In this document: in pieces, positions 9,693 to 16,905 of the stretch
Numbering within the stretch: position 1 is the first letter of the stretch
Layout of the letters: each line of letters opens with the position of its first letter
NCBI RefSeq assembly: GCF_001735745.1
Contig: NZ_CP017260.1
Coordinates: 960,001-992,000, forward strand
Length of the DNA stretch: 32,000 nucleotides
Reading direction: 5' to 3'
Origin: Formosa sp. Hel1_33_131
GTDB taxonomy: Bacteria; Bacteroidota; Bacteroidia; Flavobacteriales; Flavobacteriaceae
Notes under the pieces: generated by a model
What the model was told of the DNA's origin: nothing
The model's database searches: none
The model's input: only the letters and a program-made list of their open reading frames with translations
Program-made: the position numbers and the translations under genes

Positions 9693-9710
9693 TAAAGTGA
9701 AATTTTTAAA

Positions 9711-10241
9711 TTAATATTTGAATGCTTTCGCATTGACAATGTGTTGTAAATGATGATTGCAATGCCAAGCGTAAATTGCTAAGCCTTCTTCCAAAGTAAC
9801 CAGTTCATTCCCCTCAGGATGGAGATAGGCTCTTTTTAGCTGTGCGGTCTCTAATTGTTCTAATAAAAACACCCACCGCTGATGGATTCCAGCCAAAAGT
9901 GTGGTTGCGCTTTTAACACTAAAATTTAAGGTGTCAGACAGCTCTGCCCACGGAGCCTCGTCATAAGGTTTAATGGTGGGGTTGTCTTCGGTCAATGCCA
10001 ATTTAAAACGGATGATGCTGTTCATGTGGCTATCGATACAATGTCCAACCACTTGTTGAATGGTCCAACCCTCTGGGCGGTATTTATAACAAAGTTCGGT
10101 GTCTGTAAGCTGCATCACTTCTTTAGTCAGCAACGAAGGAAACTGTTGGATCGTCAATATCCAGTCTTGGATATGCGCGGGTTCAATTTTGGCGGGAATC
10201 TTCGGTTTTCCAATAGGATATTTGAGGGCTTCTATGTCCAT
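9711..10241 (-). CDS. DinB/YfiT family metal-dependent hydrolase or thiol transferase-like protein
   Basis: 176 aa. The YfiT-like pattern is present: KYPIGK..., GWTIQQVVGHCIDSHMN and a C-terminal WHCNHHLQHI His cluster. Confidence 0.75.
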   Translation of the reverse strand: MDIEALKYPIGKPKIPAKIEPAHIQDWILTIQQFPSLLTKEVMQLTDTELCYKYRPEGWTIQQVVGHCIDSHMNSIIRFKLALTEDNPTIKPYDEAPWAELSDTLNFSVKSATTLLAGIHQRWVFLLEQLETAQLKRAYLHPEGNELVTLEEGLAIYAWHCNHHLQHIVNAKAFKY

Positions 10242-10251
10242 AATAGGGGGT

Positions 10252-10806
10252 TTATTTTTTAACTCTGCTTTCGTTTTGCTTCACAAAGGCACTCCAACCG
10301 GTGTAACTTTTACCACCAGTGACTTTTCCTTGGTTATAAAAATGACAAACCGCCGCCGCCAATCCATCGGTTGAATCGAGGTTTTTAGGCAATTCTTTTA
10401 AACTTAAAAGGCTTTGCAGCATTTTAGCAACTTGTTCTTTACTGGCATTTCCGTTTCCAGTAATAGCCATTTTGATTTTTTTAGGAGAATACTCCGTAAT
10501 CGGAATTTCTCTCGAAAGTCCGGCAGCCATGGCAACGCCTTGCGCTCTTCCGAGCTTTAACATACTTTGAACATTTTTACCAAAAAAGGGAGCTTCAATC
10601 GCAATTTCGTCGGGATGGAATGTATCAATCAATTCAATGGTACGCTCAAAAATAAGTTTGAGTTTCAAATAATGATCGTCGTACTTTTGAAGTAGTAACT
10701 CGTTCAATTGTAAAAACTCCATGGTTTTTCCCTTGACTTTAATCAATCCAAATCCCATAATCGTGGTTCCGGGGTCAATCCCTAATATAATTTTTTCTTC
10801 TGGCAT
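10252..10806 (-). CDS. ruvC: Crossover junction endodeoxyribonuclease RuvC
   Basis: N-terminus ILGIDPGTTIMGFGLI with the catalytic Asp, IAIEAPFFGKNVQS, and C-terminal DSTDGLAAAVCH. 184 aa. Confidence 0.9.
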   Translation of the reverse strand: MPEEKIILGIDPGTTIMGFGLIKVKGKTMEFLQLNELLLQKYDDHYLKLKLIFERTIELIDTFHPDEIAIEAPFFGKNVQSMLKLGRAQGVAMAAGLSREIPITEYSPKKIKMAITGNGNASKEQVAKMLQSLLSLKELPKNLDSTDGLAAAVCHFYNQGKVTGGKSYTGWSAFVKQNESRVKK

Positions 10807-11282
10807 TAATCTACTCTAAGAATTATTGGCAATTGAAATGCCGTTTGCACTTGTTGACTTCGTTTAATCGCGGGGTGTAATTTTGGGAGTCCTTTTAAAC
10901 TCCGACCTAAAATGGAATCCAAACCTGGGATTTGTTGTGTGGTCAATTCTTGTGATTGAATTTGAGAGATTTGAATCTCACCGCTATTGGATACCAACAA
11001 ATCGATGGTAATTGTATCGCTCACTGTTTGCGTTACGATGATGTTTTGGGTGCTAAAATATTCAGAAATGTGGGTTGTAATGGTTTGTTCAAAACATTTT
11101 TTGTTGTCCTGAAAATCAATCGAATCCGTACAGTTTTCAAAATTCGGGTAGCGATCGACTTCATTCCAATTGAACGTTTTTAATTCTTCCATTAAAATCG
11201 TATCAGAATCGAGTCTCTTTTTTTCATAATAATTACATGAATAAAAAGAACAGAAAAGTAAGACAAAAACTAAATATCTCAT
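10806..11282 (-). CDS. Hypothetical lipoprotein, possibly a degenerate TonB-C-like domain
   Basis: Signal peptide with Cys (MRYLVFVLLFCSFYSC). VDRYPNFENC...KKCFEQTITTHISEYF and the C-terminal ...QVQTAFQLPIILRV resemble the flavobacterial TonB C-terminal-domain pattern. This is motif-level resemblance only. The stop codon overlaps the ruvC start by 1 nt. Confidence 0.45.
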   Translation of the reverse strand: MRYLVFVLLFCSFYSCNYYEKKRLDSDTILMEELKTFNWNEVDRYPNFENCTDSIDFQDNKKCFEQTITTHISEYFSTQNIIVTQTVSDTITIDLLVSNSGEIQISQIQSQELTTQQIPGLDSILGRSLKGLPKLHPAIKRSQQVQTAFQLPIILRVD

Positions 11283-11346
11283 TGGTTCATTGTGAACCCT
11301 AAAATTACAATTTTTTATTTTTTAAATAGATAAAAACCAAATTAGA

Positions 11347-12954
11347 TTAGACTTTTGGTCCTCCAGCCATGATTTCATCATTGGCATAGCTTTCAAATTT
11401 TTTGAAATTCGTTTTAAAAGAGGCTGCTAATTTATGAGCCGTTTTATAAAATCCTTCGTCATTCTTCCATGTTTTTCGAGGGCTCAACACTTCTGTTGGT
11501 ACATTGGGGCACACTCTAGGCTGAAGCACTCCAAAAACGGAATGGATGTGATAATTATCTTTGTTTGCGGCTTCTAAAGAGCCATCCATCGCTGCATTGA
11601 TCATGGCACGGGTGAATGATAATTTCATGCGCGTTCCAATACCATAAGGGCCGCCAGTCCATCCAGTGTTTACCAACCAAACATTGACGCCGGTTGCTTT
11701 CATTTTGGCACTCAACATTTCAGCGTATTTAGTGGGATGTAAAGGCATAAAAGGCGCTCCAAAACAGGCAGAAAAACTAGGAACAGGTTCCGTAATCCCC
11801 GCCTCGGTGCCTGCTACTTTAGCGGTATAACCCGATATAAAGTGATAAGCCGCTTGACCAGGCGTCAATTTAGAGATGGGAGGCAACACGCCAAACGCAT
11901 CGGCGGTAAGGAAAAATATGTTTTTAGGATTTTTGCCAATCGAATTGGGCTGAATATTATCGATAAAATCAAGCGGATAACTTACCCGTGTATTTTGAGT
12001 AATGGTGGTGTCTGAATAATCAACCTTGCCGTTCGCATCCATCACAACATTTTCTAAAATGGCACCCTTTTTAATCGCATCGAAAATTTCAGGTTCATTA
12101 TCTCTAGAGAGATTTATGACCTTAGCATAACAACCGCCTTCAAAGTTAAAAATGGTGTTTTCACTGGTCCAGCCATGTTCGTCATCGCCAATTAAATGAC
12201 GGTGATGGTCGGTAGAAAGTGTTGTTTTTCCCGTTCCTGAAAGTCCAAAAAAGATGGAGGTATCGCCGTCTTTCCCAACATTGGCACTGCAATGCATGGG
12301 CAGTGTGTTTTTGAATACTGGAAGTATAAAATTTAAAGCCGAAAAAATACCTTTTTTGATTTCGCCTGTATATCCAGTACCGCCAATAAGGGCTATTTTT
12401 TTTGTAAAATTTAATATGGCAAAATTATGCTGACGGGTTCTGTCCTTGTTGGGATCCGCCATAAAACCAGGGGAATTGATGACCGTCCACTCCGGATCAA
12501 AATCTTTCAATTCAGAATCCGTCGGTCTTAAAAACATATTATAGGCAAAATAATTACTCCAAGGATATTCGTTAATCACTCGAATATTGGTGCGGTATGC
12601 AGGGTCCGAGCAAGCGTAACTATCACGTACAAAAATTTCTTTTCCAGAAAGATAACTGGTCACTTTAGCATAGAGGGCGTCAAAGTCATCTGGTGCGAAT
12701 GGAATATTTACATCTCCCCACCAAATGCGCTCTTTGGTAATGGCATCTTTAACAATGAATCGGTCTTTTGGGGAGCGTCCTGTAAACTCGCCCGTTTGGA
12801 TTGCCAAGGCGCCTGAACTGGATTCAAGGCCTTGTTTTTTTGCAATTGTAAGAGCGTGAAGTTGATTTGGGGATAGTTGGTAATGTGCTTTTGAGGACGT
12901 TATACCGTAGGGGTTTAACGAAATCGTTTTCGTAGCAGGTGGTGGTTGTGTCAT
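11347..12954 (-). CDS. pckA: Phosphoenolpyruvate carboxykinase (ATP)
   Basis: Characteristic motifs are present: GLSGTGKTTLS (kinase-1a), IGDDEHGW, FNFEGGCYAK, WLVNTGWTGG. The ORF track starts at a TTG (12963). The first ATG (12954, MTQPPP...) is the more likely start. Confidence 0.95.
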   Translation of the reverse strand: MTQPPPATKTISLNPYGITSSKAHYQLSPNQLHALTIAKKQGLESSSGALAIQTGEFTGRSPKDRFIVKDAITKERIWWGDVNIPFAPDDFDALYAKVTSYLSGKEIFVRDSYACSDPAYRTNIRVINEYPWSNYFAYNMFLRPTDSELKDFDPEWTVINSPGFMADPNKDRTRQHNFAILNFTKKIALIGGTGYTGEIKKGIFSALNFILPVFKNTLPMHCSANVGKDGDTSIFFGLSGTGKTTLSTDHHRHLIGDDEHGWTSENTIFNFEGGCYAKVINLSRDNEPEIFDAIKKGAILENVVMDANGKVDYSDTTITQNTRVSYPLDFIDNIQPNSIGKNPKNIFFLTADAFGVLPPISKLTPGQAAYHFISGYTAKVAGTEAGITEPVPSFSACFGAPFMPLHPTKYAEMLSAKMKATGVNVWLVNTGWTGGPYGIGTRMKLSFTRAMINAAMDGSLEAANKDNYHIHSVFGVLQPRVCPNVPTEVLSPRKTWKNDEGFYKTAHKLAASFKTNFKKFESYANDEIMAGGPKV

Positions 12955-13151
12955 GAATATCAAAATTATTTAATCCTACAAAAGTATTGAATAATATTAA
13001 ATGACTGTCAAAGAAGTGTTAAAATTATAAAATTGTAACATAAAGCAATTTAAAGTATATTGGATAATATTATACTATTATAAGGCAATATACTATTGAT
13101 GTGATGCTTAATTTAACATTAGATTTGCATGTTGACACTAGCTAAGTAATT

Positions 13152-13180
13152 AATCATGAGGATGCTAGACCTTCATGATT
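13152..13180 (+). other. Imperfect hairpin (10-bp stem with one bulge, 8-nt loop) in the pckA/M9 intergenic region
   Basis: AATCATGAGG (13152-13161) pairs with CCTTCATGATT (13170-13180), and the loop is ATGCTAGA. Function unknown. Confidence 0.4.
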
Positions 13181-13207
13181 GGCGTATTAAACACCGCTTA
13201 ATTTACA

Positions 13208-13389
13208 GACCCAAATCAATTATACTTTAAAATTGATTTAATTATCATAAGTCTACAGTTGTACTTTAAATTGTTAGGTAATTGTGATAATATTAAAAAA
13301 ACCGACCTAAAATCGACTATACATCGATTTAATTATTATGCAATAACGCAACGTATTTACTTTAAATTGTTGGGCAACCATAATAATTT
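13208..13389. repeat. Tandem imperfect direct repeat (two ~90-bp units with a ~96-bp period), each with a hairpin and a conserved 20-mer
   Basis: Unit 1 spans 13208-13294 and unit 2 spans 13304-13389. Shared blocks are GACCyAAA(A)TC, GATTTAATTATyAT (13235-13248 and 13326-13339) and TACTTTAAATTGTTrGGyAA (13262-13281 and 13358-13377, 18/20 identical). Hairpin stems are at 13213-13221/13231-13239 and 13310-13316/13324-13330. Confidence 0.8.
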
Positions 13390-13459
13390 GAGGAAAATGA
13401 AAATTAGACCTTAATAATTTTCTTCCTATTATTTCAACTAATATTTAAAAACATTACTT

Positions 13460-16324
13460 ATGAAACCACAAATTTCAATTAAGAGATTAGTTTTAGTAGC
13501 ATTAATTTTTGGTGTGACTGGACTAATCAATGCCCAAAGAGAATCTGTAGAAGGACCTGGGGGCGAAACCACGACTTCTTTCACAGAATGTCAATTTGAC
13601 TACCCTATTAATGATAGTCCTCCAATTAGCAGTTTAAACAGTGCTTCCCAAGGATTAACAAGGAGCTCTAATGTCAATTCCGCAAGTAGTTGTGGGTTTA
13701 ACATCCTATCCGTTTACCTGTATACTTCCAATTCGCTATATAATCAAATAATTAAATCACAGGATGAGAGTTGTTTTTATAGAGCTGATTTAAGTAGTGG
13801 CTATGATTATGCTAAGCGCTCATTTTACAAAGCTAAAAACATGTATTATATAGCGGATAGACTAAAAACTTTGGCAACTGGCTGGACACCGGGGGAAACA
13901 GCCAAGTTAAAAAAAATGCTTAGTTTGGTCTATTATTTGAGGGCTGGTAGTTATATCAATTTTTATGACTCCTATTCTTTTTACAATGATGAGGTTACCT
14001 CTCCGAATGAGGTAACTCTAAAAACCAAGTTATCTTCTTTACTTTATAAAACTTTAGCTGACAACTATTATAGCTTCATAAATTGGGATTTCAACACAAC
14101 AACTGCATTGGCAGAACCTAGTAATGATCTTTTGACCTTCTTAGCCGAATTTATAGAGTTAAACAATGGTGGTTTTACAAATAGATTCTCAAACTTGAAT
14201 AACAATCAACATGCATATATTGGTAAAACTGTAGCAAAAATCGTTTATAAACTGTCAAAACTATCCAACTACACATCCTCTACTAAAAGTAATAAAGCTC
14301 AACTCTTGTTATTAAAAACACAAACATGGCATTATGAACATTATAAGAAACTTATTTTAGCAGAAAGTTACGTTGACAACACTAATAATCTTTGTAGTGC
14401 ATTTGAATTTTTCATTAACCAAAATATATATCAATATAGCCAAGCTGAATATATAGGAAATAAACTAAAGGGTGGTATTTATTTGCTCAATGCGATATCA
14501 GAAGTAGGACGTTATTTGAAAGATAAAAACAACAAATTTTATACGAAGGCAAAAACTATGCTAATGAATTTGAATAGAATATACAACGCTAGTTCATATC
14601 TAACTATTTATGGTAAGTCATCCAGTGTTATTGATTATCAAAGTGACCTTGACATTGGTGACTGGAAAGATAATATCGAGCGCTCTCTCTATTATAGAAC
14701 ACGAGAATTTACCATCTATAATAATCAAATAACCATAAAACTATTAGGCAACGTCTCATCTGCACAATTGGTACAGGTAGAAACAGAATTGTTAAAGACT
14801 TGGGGGATATTTAAAGAAATCTTTGGGGCGGAAAACCAATTAACCCCTGCTACAGGTGACAGAACCACAAGACTTAATGTATGGGTACACAAAAGCAAAG
14901 CCGATTATAGTGAACATGCTGGTATTCTTTTTGGAATCAGCACAAAAAATGGAGGGCTTTTCCTAGAAGGCGATCCTAGTGTTGTAAATAATACCGCCAA
15001 TTTATTCTTTTATGGATTTGATCTTGATGGGCAATGGGCAACTTGGAATGCAGGACATGAATTTTGGCATTTTTTGGATGGTAAATTCATAAAAGCTGGA
15101 GGGTATCATCCAGATGTTTCTATCGCTTGGATTGAGGGAACTGCAGATTTAGTTCAAAAGGGGTTGATATATTCTTCCTTAGACAACCGAAAGAGTCATT
15201 TTCAAACTTCGATAAACGGTTTTAAATCAAATCGTAAAACTCCATCACAAATAATTGATATTCCTGAGCAATCTTTTAAAAACTGGGTATATCAAGACAT
15301 CTATAATAATCCGAGTGTTTTGTGGGCTTTTTTCTTTGATGAAGATAAATCAAAACTACGCTCTATAGGAGAAACTTTAAAAGGGCTCACTGCTGAACAG
15401 CTAAGAACATCCTCCGTCTCAATTTTAAAAGCAAAAGTAAACCCTTACGCTAAGTATTTTAGCCATTGGGCTTCAGGATCACATTTTGCCGTAAACGGCT
15501 CATATTATATAAAATGTATGGATGACTATAGATACTTTGATGTTTTTGGAGGTTCGTGGAGTGATGAAGCTCCAATTATTACATATAGTTGGCATGGAGG
15601 TAGTAATCAAAAATTTGATCTAGAGCCTATAAATAATTATAAAACCCATACTTATAATCTTAGGCAATATGGTGTGTATTTTGAAAATGAGTTCTATATC
15701 AAATCACAGAGATCAAAAAAATATCTAAAAATCAACGCTGCAGACAATACTAAATATCTAAAACAGGGCCCTATTACAGATAATAAAGAAAAAACTTTTT
15801 CAATTTTCCCAAAGAGCAATGGTTACTATATGCTAACTATAAATCCAGATGGAAACAACCGATATGCAATTTCAAAATCTGTGTCAAACTACAAGAGTGG
15901 GTATTCTTTAATGGATGCTATTTCTCGAGACTACACGAGCTGGAAACAAACCTTCTATGTTAACGGGTTAACAGCTACTGTTGGTGAAAGATCAAGTTCT
16001 AGTTCAAATAGAGGTGCTTATTCCTTAGAAAATTTATCTAATAAATCGCCTGAAGGTGAATTTGATAGTGAATTTTCATATCGATTCTTTCCAAACCCGA
16101 CATCAAGTACGATTGTTAATTTTACTTATCCTAAAGGAATTGGAGATTTAAAAATTGAAGCTTATACCATAACTGGGCAAAAAACGAACCTTTCTAAAGT
16201 CATTACTGATAATTCAGGGAAAGGTACACTTGAATTGAATTTAGCCACTGGTATTTATACCATGAGGTTCATCGCTCTTGAAGATGATAATAAAACCGTG
16301 ACGAAGAAGTTAGTTGTTCTGTAG
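13460..16324 (+). CDS. Secreted M9 (microbial collagenase)-like zinc metallopeptidase with a beta-trefoil (ricin-type) module and a T9SS C-terminal sorting domain
   Basis: Signal peptide MKPQISIKRLVLVALIFGVTGLINAQ. The zinc motif HEFWH (nt 15056-15070, residues 533-537) is followed by WIEGTADL (Glu559), comparable to the clostridial ColG H523ExxH...EEGTAEF arrangement. A three-fold internal repeat YYIK.../FYIK.../YYML... ends in QKF/KTF/QTF (nt ~15500-15965). The T9SS CTD FFPNPTSSTIVNF...YTMRF...KKLVVL spans nt ~16085-16321. Confidence 0.7.
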   Translation: MKPQISIKRLVLVALIFGVTGLINAQRESVEGPGGETTTSFTECQFDYPINDSPPISSLNSASQGLTRSSNVNSASSCGFNILSVYLYTSNSLYNQIIKSQDESCFYRADLSSGYDYAKRSFYKAKNMYYIADRLKTLATGWTPGETAKLKKMLSLVYYLRAGSYINFYDSYSFYNDEVTSPNEVTLKTKLSSLLYKTLADNYYSFINWDFNTTTALAEPSNDLLTFLAEFIELNNGGFTNRFSNLNNNQHAYIGKTVAKIVYKLSKLSNYTSSTKSNKAQLLLLKTQTWHYEHYKKLILAESYVDNTNNLCSAFEFFINQNIYQYSQAEYIGNKLKGGIYLLNAISEVGRYLKDKNNKFYTKAKTMLMNLNRIYNASSYLTIYGKSSSVIDYQSDLDIGDWKDNIERSLYYRTREFTIYNNQITIKLLGNVSSAQLVQVETELLKTWGIFKEIFGAENQLTPATGDRTTRLNVWVHKSKADYSEHAGILFGISTKNGGLFLEGDPSVVNNTANLFFYGFDLDGQWATWNAGHEFWHFLDGKFIKAGGYHPDVSIAWIEGTADLVQKGLIYSSLDNRKSHFQTSINGFKSNRKTPSQIIDIPEQSFKNWVYQDIYNNPSVLWAFFFDEDKSKLRSIGETLKGLTAEQLRTSSVSILKAKVNPYAKYFSHWASGSHFAVNGSYYIKCMDDYRYFDVFGGSWSDEAPIITYSWHGGSNQKFDLEPINNYKTHTYNLRQYGVYFENEFYIKSQRSKKYLKINAADNTKYLKQGPITDNKEKTFSIFPKSNGYYMLTINPDGNNRYAISKSVSNYKSGYSLMDAISRDYTSWKQTFYVNGLTATVGERSSSSSNRGAYSLENLSNKSPEGEFDSEFSYRFFPNPTSSTIVNFTYPKGIGDLKIEAYTITGQKTNLSKVITDNSGKGTLELNLATGIYTMRFIALEDDNKTVTKKLVVL

Positions 16325-16350
16325 AAGCAATCCTATATTTATTTTTATTA

Positions 16351-16381
16351 AAAGGCTGTCCGAAAAGGCAGCCTTTTTTTT
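16351..16381 (+). terminator. Rho-independent terminator downstream of the M9-like gene
   Basis: AAAGGCTG (16351-16358) pairs with CAGCCTTT (16369-16376), with extra CC/GG pairs inside the loop region. A run of 9 T follows immediately. Confidence 0.8.
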
Positions 16382-16442
16382 GTATTTGTTTTTAAACAAA
16401 ATTTCGTGAACTGTATAATTTTAAAAGGACTACTAATAATTC

Positions 16443-16832
16443 TCACAAACTATTTTTTTTTAAAAAATAGTTGAATAAAAGCACCCATGAAGTGATCAAA
16501 AACAATCCTCCAACAGGCGTGATGAATCCAATAACTTTAAAATTAAAGGAAGTCAAATCATTGGTCGCTAATAAATATATAGAACCCGAAAACAACAAAA
16601 CACCAATGAGAATGAGTTTAAACAAAATCGATTTTTGTTTGGGTTTGATCTGCGTGGTGATGCCAATAAAAAACAACAAAAAAGCATGGTACATTTGATA
16701 GCGAATGCCTGTATTAAGGCTCTCAAATGCTGAAATACTAAGCAAGGGTTTCAAACCATGCGTGGCAAAAGCACCTAAAACAACGCCAAGTCCTCCTGTA
16801 GCACACGCTAATAAAAATATTTTTCTGTCCAT
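16443..16832 (-). CDS. DUF423 domain membrane protein (YgdD-like)
   Basis: 129 aa with four predicted TM helices. The motifs GVVLGAFATHGLK and YQMYHA are typical of DUF423. Confidence 0.75.
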   Translation of the reverse strand: MDRKIFLLACATGGLGVVLGAFATHGLKPLLSISAFESLNTGIRYQMYHAFLLFFIGITTQIKPKQKSILFKLILIGVLLFSGSIYLLATNDLTSFNFKVIGFITPVGGLFLITSWVLLFNYFLKKNSL

Positions 16833-16905
16833 TTTGTTTTATAAAGTATTATATTTTCTACTTTAGTCGTCAAACTAATCACAAAAGTAAGAATCTATCA
16901 TCAAT

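Noticed and set aside
12955-12963. N-terminal extension of pckA (MIF-) from a TTG start, and the equivalent TTG extension of PPK2 copy B at 27776-27781
   Set aside because: In both cases the first codon in the track is TTG (caa on the + strand) and a canonical ATG follows 2-3 codons later. For pckA, the TTG is part of a TAATTTTG promoter-like box, so the ATG is preferred as the start.
13156-13230. 24-codon ORF (MRMLDLHDWRIKHRLIYRPKSIIL) inside the long intergenic region
   Set aside because: It is very short and has no recognisable peptide features. It runs straight through the hairpin and repeat elements, which explain the sequence constraint better. It cannot be excluded as a leader peptide without ribosome profiling.
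13208-13389. Possibility that the tandem repeats are a CRISPR array or a mobile element
   Set aside because: There are only two imperfect ~90-bp units with no repeat-spacer alternation, and no cas genes, transposase, integrase, terminal inverted repeats or target-site duplications are visible. It is retained as an unexplained regulatory or RNA candidate.
16449-16472. Long AT palindrome AACTATTTTTT-TTT-AAAAAATAGTT
   Set aside because: It lies within the last codons (LKKNSL) and stop region of the DUF423 gene and consists of homopolymer T/A runs. It could help terminate DUF423 transcription, but no U-tract follows on the minus strand, so I do not call it as a feature.
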